Part shown: positions 9,247-19,016 of the stretch, in pieces
Layout: each line of letters opens with the position of its first letter
Numbering within the stretch: position 1 is the stretch's first letter
Assembly (NCBI GenBank): GCA_965140415.1
Contig: OZ223209.1
Coordinates: forward strand, 5,824,001 to 5,888,000
Origin: Myxococcota bacterium
Lineage (GTDB): Bacteria > Myxococcota_A > SURF-8
Direction: 5' to 3'
Length of the DNA: 64,000 nucleotides
Translations under genes and position numbers: made by a program
Notes under the pieces: generated by a model
What the model was told of the DNA's origin: nothing
Databases searched by the model: none
Seen by the model: the letters and a program-made list of their open reading frames with translations, nothing else

Positions 9247-10772
9247 GATTGTCTCCTTTGAATGAGGTCTCGCAGCATGTTGATTTCTTCTTGTTGTGTT
9301 TTTATCAGCTCGCGAAGGGCGGCCAGTTCGGATTCCGAGGCCGTCTCTTCCTCATCGGCCCCAAGCGTGATGACGATTCGCACGGGACCGGACTCTCCGT
9401 CCGTATTGATGGTTTTGGAAACTGCAACAGGTTCGCTGGCAACTTCCACTGCCGGCACTTCCACTTTGGCAACAGGAGCCGGTGTAGGTGCAGGCGCTGG
9501 TGCAGCAGCAGCGGCAGCAGCAGCTTTTGCTTCCGCATCCGCCTTGGCCTTGGCTTCTGCATCCGCTTTGGCTTTTGCATCGGCAGCGGCTTTGGCCTTG
9601 GCTTCTGCATCCGCTTTGGCTTTTGCATCGGCAGCGGCTTTGGCCTTGGCAGCAGCATCGGCTTTTGCTTTCGCTTCGGCAGCGGCTTTGGCCTTGGCAT
9701 CCGCTTCCGCCTTGGCTTTCGCTTCCGCCGCAGCTTTTGCTTTGCCGTCGTCTGCCGGTTTGGCGGCTTTCTTCGGCTTGTCTTTCTTGACCTTGGCCTT
9801 CTTCGGCTTCGCCTCGACCTTCGGCGCACGCTCTTCGAGCAGATCCGCCATCAACTGGCGCACCAGTTCAACGGTCTTGGGATGCCGCAGCACCAGCACG
9901 TCGCCTCCAGCCACCAGGCAAGATGCGGCGGTGATGGTTTCCATCAATACACCACGCTTGGAAGTATCGCCCAGTTCAGGCATTTCCTTGCTGGAGATTT
10001 TTGCTTCTTTCGTTTTCCAGACTTCACGTCCGAGATTGCAGTACAGCGGGTATTGCAGTTTCTCATCTTCCTGCACCAGAGCCGCCAAACGAGCGCGCTC
10101 CATAACCGAATAGCTGTACTCCATACCGTAACCCAAACCTCCGACGGTCGGGTCCACGATGATATTGGTATCCGGGACACCCAGGTTGCCCAGCAGAATG
10201 TTCAACTGCTTGGCAAGGTTGATGTCGATCGGCGAAGACGCGACCGCGATATGGCCGTAGGCCAGCGTGCCTGCGCCCAATTGCTTGTAATCGTCTTCTT
10301 CTACCGGACCAACCAACAGCTTGGTATCTGTAACCGCTTCGCATACAGCGCGCAGTACCTCGATGTCCTTGGCGTGACTGGCGGTACCCCAGACGCAGAC
10401 GGGAACGTCTACGGCTTCGAGTACGCTCTTGACTACTTTCACAGCATGATCCGCGCCCAGATCCTTCCCGTTGGGATCGGTGCCGATCAACTCGAGATGA
10501 ATCATGTCCGCGCCGTATTTGTCTTGAGCCATTTTGGCCCACTTGGCAGGATCCTTAAGCGCGTCGCCCCAGACGGCTACCAGTTCGGATGCCAGATCTT
10601 CCGGTTCGATGTCGTTAACCGCAATGGCGATTTTCGGAGTGTTGGGCATTTCGCCTTCGAAAGTATAGAACGGCATGGTGCTTTCACCGCCGATCACGAA
10701 ACCGCGCTCTCCCGGGATCTGGATTTGCTTGATTTTACCAGGATACTTTACTTGGGGGATATCTACGGCCAT
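9243..10772 (-). CDS. acsD: Corrinoid iron-sulfur protein small subunit with ~195-aa C-terminal extension
   Basis: GGESTMPFY, SPIDINLAKQLN, GLGYGMEYSYSVMER, LRHP; ATGA overlap with cooS. Confidence 0.95.
   Translation of the reverse strand: MAVDIPQVKYPGKIKQIQIPGERGFVIGGESTMPFYTFEGEMPNTPKIAIAVNDIEPEDLASELVAVWGDALKDPAKWAKMAQDKYGADMIHLELIGTDPNGKDLGADHAVKVVKSVLEAVDVPVCVWGTASHAKDIEVLRAVCEAVTDTKLLVGPVEEDDYKQLGAGTLAYGHIAVASSPIDINLAKQLNILLGNLGVPDTNIIVDPTVGGLGYGMEYSYSVMERARLAALVQEDEKLQYPLYCNLGREVWKTKEAKISSKEMPELGDTSKRGVLMETITAASCLVAGGDVLVLRHPKTVELVRQLMADLLEERAPKVEAKPKKAKVKKDKPKKAAKPADDGKAKAAAEAKAKAEADAKAKAAAEAKAKADAAAKAKAAADAKAKADAEAKAKAAADAKAKADAEAKAKADAEAKAAAAAAAAPAPAPTPAPVAKVEVPAVEVASEPVAVSKTINTDGESGPVRIVITLGADEEETASESELAALRELIKTQQEEINMLRDLIQRRQS
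9528..9743 (-). repeat. 9 x 24-bp coding repeat (KAKAxAxA) in the AcsD tail
   Basis: Nine 8-aa units; 9553-9600 and 9601-9648 are an exact 48-bp duplication. Confidence 0.9.
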
Positions 10773-10829
10773 TCCTCTCTCCTTTTAACGAGTGAACAAA
10801 TTCCGAATCCTCTGTCTCGGCAGAGAAGA

Positions 10830-11042
10830 TCAGGCCGGTGTTTTGCGCTTCTCGCTTCCGAATCCCTCCTCTACATAATAGTATCGGAGACCGGTCTTGA
10901 TGTACTTGAGCATCTCTTCGCGATCACGAGTCTTGGCGCGCCAACGATCGGCATCCTCCGGAATGCCTTCTTCGTAGGTGGCGTCTAAGACTTCCACCTC
11001 CTCGCCATCGAACTTCTTTTTCTTCACCTTGGTTTCCGTCAT
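10830..11042 (-). CDS. Small hypothetical protein heading the acs operon
   Basis: 70 aa, strong GAGGAG RBS, co-oriented and 57 bp upstream of acsD. Confidence 0.75.
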   Translation of the reverse strand: MTETKVKKKKFDGEEVEVLDATYEEGIPEDADRWRAKTRDREEMLKYIKTGLRYYYVEEGFGSEKRKTPA

Positions 11043-11907
11043 TGCAATCTCTCCTCTTTCGGTTGGGTGTCAAATGGTTGTTGAATTCTCAGTCCGTGCT
11101 CGAATAACAAAATGAAAAAAAATCTTGACCTATACGCACTCTTGGAGTAAATGAGCGAACCTCTACGCTAAGCTCATTGCCTCCTCATATTTGATAACCC
11201 TAGAACCTTCATCCGTCATAACGTGCTCGCGAAATATACTTTTGCCACAAATATCGGGAACTTGAGTACTGACTTCCGCAAAAAGATGTTCGGGGTTTTT
11301 CCACTTATTATAACTCAAAACCAAGTGTACCAATAAGTTGTTATCATACGTCCAGCAATCAGGCAAGGCTTTTTGTCGGTGATCCGTATTAATATTTTCC
11401 CATAAAACATTAATAAATGCCTCTTTTCCCTTTCCCCATAAACCGGGTCGAGTCTCTCGTCTGATCGATCTGGTAAGGTACTTCCCTTTTCATTGCCAAT
11501 GAACTTATGCACTCCATGACCCCGCATCGCCAACTTCTTCGACGTGCTGCGACTTGATCTTAGGCTCCGCTGCTAGCTGGGGCATTTGACAAAACCATGC
11601 TGCACAGCAGAATATTCCACCTAATTTTGCGGATTTCACGAATTCGCTTGACGCTTACCTGTCCTTGACGCAAAATAGTCCAGTCGCAAGAAAGGATCGA
11701 AAACACGCCGGTTTCAACAGGAATGGGAACGAACCGTAAACCGCCTGCCGTTTGAAGATCCGACCCTGCGCACACAGCACCCGTTCGTTGTAGAGCAAGC
11801 ACGCTGTCTCCGATAAGGATACAGCTTCACAGTTTCTGGAGAGACGTACCCAACGTTTTTTTCTTCACGGCTCCCAATATGAGCCACAACCCAGAAGGAG
11901 TGATTGC

Positions 11908-13683
11908 ATGACTCTCGACCCCACGAAACACGCAGATTGGGAAATTGCCGAAGAAGCCGAATCGCGGATGAAAACCGTGTACGAGCTCGGTGAAAAACTC
12001 GGACTGACCAAAGAAGAACTGCTGCCACACGGCCATTATGTGGCCAAAGTGGATTTCCGGCAGGTTCTCGACCGGCTCAAAGATCGCCCAAACGCCAAGT
12101 ACATCGATGTGACGGCCATTACCCCCACCCCGCTGGGAGAAGGCAAATCCACCAGTTCGATGGGTCTGGTACAAGGTCTGGGCAAACGTAACAAGAACGT
12201 AACCGCAGCCATCAGGCAGCCCTCCGGCGGCCCCACCATGAACATCAAAGGTTCGGCGGCGGGCGGTGGACGTTCCCAGTGCATCCCGCTAACCCCCTTC
12301 TCTTTGGGTCTGACGGGCGACATCAACGCCATCATGAACGCCCACAACCTGGCCATGGTTGCATTGACTTCGCGCCTGCAACACGAGCGCAACTATAACG
12401 ACGAGCAACTTCTCCGCCTGAGCAAGATGCCACGCCTGGACATCGACCCCACCAAGGTCGAAATGGGTTGGATCATCGATTTCTGTGCGCAGTCGCTGCG
12501 CAATATCATTATCGGCATCAACGATGTCGGCGGCAAGTTCGACGGCTTCATGATGAAATCCAAGTTCGGCATTGCCGTTTCTTCGGAAGTCATGGCGATT
12601 CTGGCCGTCAGCACCAGCTTGAAAGACATGCGCGAGCGCATGGGTAAGATCGTGGTCGGCTACAGCAAATCCGGCAAACCCATCACCACCGAGGATCTGG
12701 AAGTCGCCGGTGCGATGACCGCCTGGATGGTTGAAGCCTTGAACCCGAACCTGATGCAGACCTTGGAAGGTCAACCGGTCTTCGTACACGCCGGTCCTTT
12801 TGCCAATATCGCCATCGGTCAAAGCTCCATCATCGCCGATCAAGTCGGCTTGAAGCTGGGCGACTACCACGTCACCGAATCCGGCTTCGGCGCGGACATC
12901 GGATTCGAGAAATTCTGGAATTTGAAATGCCGCTTCAGCGGATTGAAACCCAATGCAGCGGTCGTCGTTGCGACCATTCGCGCCTTGAAATGCCATGGCG
13001 GCGCGCCGATTCCCGTTCCGGGTAAACCGATGCCCGATGAATACAGCGGCGAGAATGTCGAATGGGTCGAGAAGGGTTGTAAGAATCTGGTACACCACAT
13101 CGCGACGGTCAAAAGAGCCGGTATCAACCCGGTCGTCTGTATCAACGCCTTCTACACCGACACCGACAATGAAATCAAAAAGGTGCGTGAGATGGCCGAA
13201 GCCGCCGGTGCTCGCGTGGCTTTGTCACGTCACTGGGAACATGGCGGCGAGGGTGCGCTGGAATTCGCCGACGCCGTGGTGGATGCCTGTGAAGAACCCA
13301 ACGATTTCAAACTGCTGTACGAACTGGACCTGCCTATCCGCGACCGCATCGACAAAATCGCGACGACGGTCTACGGTGCGGACGGTGTGGAATACTCCGC
13401 CGAAGCCAAGGGCAAGCTGGATCGCATGGAAGCCGACCCGGAAATCTCCAAACTCGGACTGTGCATGGTCAAGACACACCTGTCGCTCTCCGACAATCCC
13501 GCCTTGAAGGGCGTACCAAAAGGCTGGAAACTCTTCGTGCGCGATGTGCTGACCTACGGTGGCGCGGGCTTCGTGGTTCCGGTGGCCGGAGCGATCAGCC
13601 TGATGCCGGGCACAGGCAGCAACCCGGCCTATCGCCGCGTCGATGTGGATGTCGAGTCCGGCAAAGTCAAAGGACTTTTCTAG
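11908..13683 (+). CDS. fhs: Formate-tetrahydrofolate ligase
   Basis: [55 protein letters not shown]. Confidence 0.97.
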   Translation: MTLDPTKHADWEIAEEAESRMKTVYELGEKLGLTKEELLPHGHYVAKVDFRQVLDRLKDRPNAKYIDVTAITPTPLGEGKSTSSMGLVQGLGKRNKNVTAAIRQPSGGPTMNIKGSAAGGGRSQCIPLTPFSLGLTGDINAIMNAHNLAMVALTSRLQHERNYNDEQLLRLSKMPRLDIDPTKVEMGWIIDFCAQSLRNIIIGINDVGGKFDGFMMKSKFGIAVSSEVMAILAVSTSLKDMRERMGKIVVGYSKSGKPITTEDLEVAGAMTAWMVEALNPNLMQTLEGQPVFVHAGPFANIAIGQSSIIADQVGLKLGDYHVTESGFGADIGFEKFWNLKCRFSGLKPNAAVVVATIRALKCHGGAPIPVPGKPMPDEYSGENVEWVEKGCKNLVHHIATVKRAGINPVVCINAFYTDTDNEIKKVREMAEAAGARVALSRHWEHGGEGALEFADAVVDACEEPNDFKLLYELDLPIRDRIDKIATTVYGADGVEYSAEAKGKLDRMEADPEISKLGLCMVKTHLSLSDNPALKGVPKGWKLFVRDVLTYGGAGFVVPVAGAISLMPGTGSNPAYRRVDVDVESGKVKGLF

Positions 13684-13714
13684 GCTAGGCGCTGGCAACG
13701 GGGCTTGAATTCTC

Positions 13715-13748
13715 ACCGAAGCCGGGCATTCCCGGCTTCGGTCTTTTT
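13715..13748 (+). terminator. Terminator-like hairpin between fhs and folD
   Basis: ACCGAAGCCGGG-CATT-CCCGGCTTCGGT (12-bp stem) followed by CTTTTT. Confidence 0.6.
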
Positions 13749-13778
13749 GAGAACGATCCAATACAAGGAGGGGCCGAC

Positions 13779-14672
13779 ATGACGGCAGAACTCATTAGCG
13801 GAACTGCGATACGCAAAACGATTTTGGCGGAACTGAAAGAAGAAGTGGAAAAAATGAAGGCCGAGCACGATGTCGTGCCGGGTCTGGTCACGATTCTGGT
13901 CGGAGAGAATCCGGCTTCCATCAGCTATGTCACGTTGAAAATCAAAACCGCACACGAACTGGGCTTTCACGAAGTTCAGGATAATCAACCGCCGGATATT
14001 TCCGAAGAGGATCTGCTGGCGCTGATTCAGAAATACAATGACGATCCCAAGATTCATGGCATCTTGGTGCAGTTGCCGCTGCCCAAGCACATCGACGAGA
14101 AAAAAGTGCTCAATGCCATCGACCCGGACAAAGATGTGGATGGCTTCCATCCGGTCAACGTTGGCCGCTTGATGATCGGTGGTGACGAAGTCCGCTTCCC
14201 GCCCTGCACTCCGGCGGGTTGTCAGGAAATGATCGTGCGCAGCGGCACGGAAACCAGCGGTGCGGAAGTCGTTGTGGTCGGTCGCAGCAACATCGTGGGT
14301 AAACCCATCGCCATGATGATGGCCCAAAAGGGACCGGGCGCCAACAGCACTGTAACCATCGTGCATACACGCACCAAGGATCTGGCCGCGCATTGCAAAC
14401 GCGCGGATATTCTGATCGTGGCGGCTGGTGTTCCGGGATTGGTGAAGCCGGAATGGATCAAACCGGGTGCAACTGTCATTGATGTCGGCGTGAACCGCAT
14501 TGGCGTGAACGAAGAAACCGGCAAGGCGATTTTACGTGGCGATGTCGATTTCGAGGCGGCCAAGGAAATCGCGGGTAAAATCACCCCGGTTCCCGGCGGC
14601 GTCGGCCCGATGACCATCACCATGTTGATGAAAAACACCGTGAAAAGCGCCTGGCTGCATCTCAAGAACTAA
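13779..14672 (+). CDS. folD: Methylene-THF dehydrogenase/methenyl-THF cyclohydrolase
   Basis: YVTLK, GILVQLPLP, KDVDGFHP, PCTP, GRSNIVGKP, TPVPGGVGPMT. Confidence 0.97.
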   Translation: MTAELISGTAIRKTILAELKEEVEKMKAEHDVVPGLVTILVGENPASISYVTLKIKTAHELGFHEVQDNQPPDISEEDLLALIQKYNDDPKIHGILVQLPLPKHIDEKKVLNAIDPDKDVDGFHPVNVGRLMIGGDEVRFPPCTPAGCQEMIVRSGTETSGAEVVVVGRSNIVGKPIAMMMAQKGPGANSTVTIVHTRTKDLAAHCKRADILIVAAGVPGLVKPEWIKPGATVIDVGVNRIGVNEETGKAILRGDVDFEAAKEIAGKITPVPGGVGPMTITMLMKNTVKSAWLHLKN

Positions 14673-14695
14673 ACGTTCAATACATCGGTTGTTTC

Positions 14696-14722
14696 AAGCA
14701 GGGCTGCGGCCCTGCTTTTTTT
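14696..14722 (+). terminator. Intrinsic terminator after folD
   Basis: AAGCAGGGC-TGCG-GCCCTGCTT followed by a T run. Confidence 0.8.
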
Positions 14723-15281
14723 ATGCTCAATTTTCAAAGCCGTGGAATACGGCTGTCCAACTAGAGTAGGTATTACTCAATTCTGTCCATCGAGTAATCA
14801 CGATGTGACATGGTCTCACGGAATGGAAATTCCGGGAGGCCGTGTGTAACTTATTGAAGACACACAGCCTTCCACGATCTTCGATCGCGTAAGACTATGG
14901 CACACATTCATGGAATCAGTGGCTAAAATTGATTAAGAACCGCTCTAGAGCCACAACTATTCATAAACAAACATGTGGTTATCCTGAATGCAACAAAGGA
15001 TCTGCATGAAAATATTAAAGATTCTTCGGCTTCGCTTCAGAATGACAAGTTCAACAGTAGCCATTTCAATCAATCCTGAATAAAATGAGATCCGAGCAAC
15101 AAACTCACAATAATGCAGATCCGCTTTGATTTTTATGCTGCAATATTCCTTAGTAATATCAACCAACTAAAAATCCTTACAAAAAAATATCACTTTTTTC
15201 TAAAGTTTCCTCTCGAACTGCCGATCACTAGAGATGCACAGGTTTCCCAGGGAAGGGAAACGGCTGTCCAAGGAGGGACAC

Positions 15282-16121
15282 GTGACGATTCGAAGCCTGC
15301 CGCCAAGTGCGGCACCGCCACAACTTGTGACGCAGAAAAAGACGCTGTCGGGAAGCTCCTCGGCGAAAGCGTCGTTCTCCGTTCAAAACCCTTCTTCCAA
15401 AGAATCCGACGAAACCCTTGATTCGAGCCAGCTTTTTCAAACAGGCGCGGAACACGTGGTGTTCCAACTCGTCCAGCAACAATCGGATTTTAAGGAAGGG
15501 GAACAAAACGGAACAGGTTTCGAATCGGAAACGCCAACACTCGCGGCAACTTCCGCCGCGTCATCCGGTGAGGCCGAGGCTTTTTCCAGTGAGGGATCGA
15601 ACCACCTGGAAAAAATGCTGGCCAGGCCGCTTCATATTCATCAAGTTACAACCGGAAATGGGGGCCGCTGGCGTTCGATCCGGTTTAACGGGCTTACTTA
15701 TCAGACCCAACAGCAAAGTCAGGCGATCATAGCCTCACCCACCGAACGCGACTCGGATGTACAGATCGTTTCGGGAGGAAATAGCGCTCTATTGGCACTG
15801 GCGCTACCGACCGTCAATTCAACAGAACAGACAGAACCGGAGCAGGAATCCAAACAAAGTAGTGTTGCACCGCCAGAGACTTCCTCTTCCCAGGATCAAC
15901 AGACCGGATTTGGATTGCTCAATCTGGACATAGACGGTTCCGAGCGCCTGCGCAATATGACTCGCAATCAGCCGACAACACCTTCCGAAACGGATCTTTC
16001 ACTCTTGAAGAAACGTAATCCCTACGAGAAAGTCGCTCGTCCCGTTTTCCACAATCCGCAGAATGTCAAACAAGCCGCACTCGATCTCGCCATGGGCATT
16101 TTCAGCAAAAAAGCCGAGTAA
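15282..16121 (+). CDS. Hypothetical low-complexity (S/Q/E/T-rich) protein
   Basis: 279-codon ORF; AGGAGG RBS before GTG 15282; no recognised domain. Confidence 0.55.
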   Translation: MTIRSLPPSAAPPQLVTQKKTLSGSSSAKASFSVQNPSSKESDETLDSSQLFQTGAEHVVFQLVQQQSDFKEGEQNGTGFESETPTLAATSAASSGEAEAFSSEGSNHLEKMLARPLHIHQVTTGNGGRWRSIRFNGLTYQTQQQSQAIIASPTERDSDVQIVSGGNSALLALALPTVNSTEQTEPEQESKQSSVAPPETSSSQDQQTGFGLLNLDIDGSERLRNMTRNQPTTPSETDLSLLKKRNPYEKVARPVFHNPQNVKQAALDLAMGIFSKKAE

Positions 16122-16478
16122 TAAACAACAATTACAGCGTGACAAATCTTCAATCATTCAGATTGGCCGGCAACAGCAGGCGATGGCAATCCTATCTATT
16201 CGAGTACGGCAGGCTTTAAATACGTTCCAATATAATGGTTACTCAAGCTATTGTTTTAAGCCGCGTTTTTATCCAGAAACCGAGCCGGATGGCCTGCGCT
16301 TGAAGGGAACGTTTATCAATTGAAAAAACGTGTAATCTGCCTATTGACCCGATTGAACATCTGTGAGAGTATACCGGCTTTCCATGGGCCGCTTGACCGG
16401 TTCTCCTTACAACTGAGTGAAGCCGCAATCTCGAATCTTTCGACCGAAACCGGCAAGCCATGACGAGCGAGGATGCTC

Positions 16479-17849
16479 ATGTTCGACAAGTTTCATGAAG
16501 AGTGTGGGATTTTCGGGATTTTCAATCACGAGGAAGCGTCGCGCTTTATTTATCTGGGATTGCATGCCTTACAGCATCGCGGCCAGGAAAGTTGCGGCAT
16601 CTGCACCGACGATGGGAGTCTGCACATTCATCGTGCCATGGGACTCGTTTCCGAACAGTTCAGCGAAGACATTCTGCAAAAGCTGACGGGAAACAGTGGG
16701 ATCGGTCACGTCCGCTATTCCACTGCCGGCGCTTCGCATTTGAAAAACGCTCAGCCTTTCCAGGTAAACTACGCCCACGGTCAACTTGCCACCGCACACA
16801 ACGGTAACCTGGTCAACGCCAGTATCGTCAAACGGCAACTGGAGCAGGCGGGTTCGATTTTCCAGTCCAGCATGGACACCGAAGTCATCGTACATCTGAT
16901 CGCCCGCTCCAAACAGCATACGCTGATCGAGCGCGTGGTGGATGCATTGAGCCAGATTTCTGGCGCATATTCGGTGGTGTTTATGGAACCGGGACGCATG
17001 ATCGCGGTGCGCGATCCTTACGGCATCCGCCCGCTGGTTCTGGGCAAGCTCGACGATAGCTGGGTGGTCGCCAGCGAAACCACGGCGTTAAGCCTGATCG
17101 ACGGCGAATACGTGCGCGAAATCGAACCGGGTGAAATGGTGGTGATCGAAGGCGACAACAAGCTGCGTTCCATCCAGGCCTTGCCCGCCGCCCCGACTCG
17201 CAAGCAATGCGTGTTCGAGCATGTCTACTTCGCGCGTCCCGATTCGCGCCTGTTCGGTGACAACGTGTATCTGGTGCGCAAACGTATGGGCCGTGAACTG
17301 GCCGAAGAATTCCCGGTCGAAGCCGATATGGTGATCCCGGTTCCCGATTCCGGCGTTCCGGCGGCCATCGGTTACAGCGAAGCCAGCGGCATTCCCTTTG
17401 AAATGGGGTTGATCCGCAGCCATTACGTGGGCCGCACCTTCATCGAACCGACTCAGTCGATCCGGCATTTCGGTGTTAAGCTGAAGTTATTGCCGGTGCG
17501 CTCGCTGATCAAAGATAAGCGCGTGGTGGTGATCGACGATTCCATTGTGCGCAGTACGACCTCGCGCAAGATCGTCAAGATGTTCTGGGATGCGGGTGCC
17601 AAAGAAGTGCATTTCCGCGTCAGTTCGCCACCGACCATTTCCCCTTGCTTCTACGGCATCGATACACCTTCCAAAAAGGAATTGATCGCCGCAACGCATT
17701 CTGTCGATGAGATCCGCAAGCAATTGACCGCCACCAGCCTGGCCTATCTATCTTTGGACGGCCTGGTCAAAGCCACCGGCGGCCATGGCGCGAGCTTCTG
17801 CCACGCCTGCTTCAGCGGCGACTATCCCATTCCCTTCCCGGAAGATTAG
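16479..17849 (+). CDS. purF: Amidophosphoribosyltransferase
   Basis: Propeptide ending EE-CGIFG, LQHRGQE, GHVRYST, VVIDDSIVRSTT PRPP motif, CFYGID, CHACF. Confidence 0.97.
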   Translation: MFDKFHEECGIFGIFNHEEASRFIYLGLHALQHRGQESCGICTDDGSLHIHRAMGLVSEQFSEDILQKLTGNSGIGHVRYSTAGASHLKNAQPFQVNYAHGQLATAHNGNLVNASIVKRQLEQAGSIFQSSMDTEVIVHLIARSKQHTLIERVVDALSQISGAYSVVFMEPGRMIAVRDPYGIRPLVLGKLDDSWVVASETTALSLIDGEYVREIEPGEMVVIEGDNKLRSIQALPAAPTRKQCVFEHVYFARPDSRLFGDNVYLVRKRMGRELAEEFPVEADMVIPVPDSGVPAAIGYSEASGIPFEMGLIRSHYVGRTFIEPTQSIRHFGVKLKLLPVRSLIKDKRVVVIDDSIVRSTTSRKIVKMFWDAGAKEVHFRVSSPPTISPCFYGIDTPSKKELIAATHSVDEIRKQLTATSLAYLSLDGLVKATGGHGASFCHACFSGDYPIPFPED

Positions 17850-18080
17850 TTCCGGTTTCCAATCATCACGGCAACGCCTGCACGTCTGGTCGGTCGCACA
17901 TTCCGATTGCTACCTTGCCTGTGTATCGATAGTAGTCGTCTTACTGTTTGTCTGGAGGTTGCTTGCTAAAAAGCGGCGTTCGGTATTGCATCATGTGCCA
18001 TTCGGACATACACTGCTTCAAACGACGGCCAGAACTCGTAGTCGATACACAGTGCGGATGAGCGGAGTGAGGAGGAAGTC

Positions 18081-18899
18081 GTGAGCGATAGCAAATTGAG
18101 TGTGTTGGATATCCTGAAACTGTTGAATAAAAGCAATTGCGGCGATTGTGGCGTGCCCAGTTGCATGGCTTTCGCCGTGCAGATGTTGCAGCAGAATCGC
18201 CCGCTGGGCGACTGTCCCCATGTTGCTGCGGATGTATTGCAGGACTTCAACAACAGCCACACCCAACAACAACCGGCGCTTGAACAACAGTTGAACGTCA
18301 TCCCGAACCTGCTGAAAGAGCGCGTGCAGAAAATCGACTTCAACGAAGCCGCACCACGTTTGAAAGCGGAAGTGGTAGACGATCGCCTTGTGATTCGCTG
18401 CTTGGGACGTAACTTTTATGTGGATCAGCAGGGCGAGTTGTATTCGGAAAGCCACACCAATTTCTGGGTTCATCTTCCGATTCTGAATTATATTTATTAC
18501 TGCAAAGGACGAGAGCTTACAAACGAGTGGGTAAAATTCGACAACCTGAAAAACGCCATGTCGTTTTCCAATTACTTCGCCAGTCGCTGCGAGGCGCGCC
18601 TGAAAGATCTGGCCGACAAACAAACGGACTTGTTCTTCGATCTGCTGGACCTTTTCGGAGGTCGTCCCGCATCCGAAGACTTCACCACCGATCTGGCGCG
18701 CATCATTTATCCCTTACCCCGCATCCCCATGTTGATCAGCTACTGGCCGGAGGAAGAAGAATTCGAATCCAAGCTTTCGGTCTACTTCGACCGGGCGACA
18801 CAAGATAATCTGGATATCGAATCGCTCTATGTAATGGGGATGGGGCTGGTTGGTATGTTCACCAACATCATCACCCACCACGGATTCTTACAGGAGTAA
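18081..18899 (+). CDS. Fe-S domain (AcsC/RnfB-like) plus DUF3786-like domain protein
   Basis: N-terminal NCGDCGVPSCMAFA...CP; C-terminal PLPRIP..SYW.EEEEFES.LSVYFD pattern; GTG start with GAGGAGG RBS. Confidence 0.75.
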   Translation: MSDSKLSVLDILKLLNKSNCGDCGVPSCMAFAVQMLQQNRPLGDCPHVAADVLQDFNNSHTQQQPALEQQLNVIPNLLKERVQKIDFNEAAPRLKAEVVDDRLVIRCLGRNFYVDQQGELYSESHTNFWVHLPILNYIYYCKGRELTNEWVKFDNLKNAMSFSNYFASRCEARLKDLADKQTDLFFDLLDLFGGRPASEDFTTDLARIIYPLPRIPMLISYWPEEEEFESKLSVYFDRATQDNLDIESLYVMGMGLVGMFTNIITHHGFLQE

Positions 18900-19016
18900 T
18901 AACGAGCGAAAAAAGGAAATCTTTTACCTGCCTATCACTTCCCCTTGTTGTCTTTGACGCTGCCGGATACAATTTCATAAAACACCACGATGCCCAATGA
19001 GGCATAGGAGGCAGCC

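Noticed and set aside
9249-10988. 579-aa plus-strand ORF and other long antisense ORFs (4876-6102, 7051-8214, 43651-45183, those within 49900-55800)
   Set aside because: Shadow frames opposite well-supported genes, with no recognisable motifs.
11163-11802. Short ORFs in the acs/fhs divergent spacer (also 38071-38472)
   Set aside because: No clear RBS, atypical composition and no motifs; more likely regulatory DNA.
11830-11900. Glycine riboswitch (TCTGGAGAGAC ... GAAGGAG)
   Set aside because: The rest of the aptamer (CCGAAG, CTCTCAGG) is missing, and GAAGGAG is the fhs RBS.
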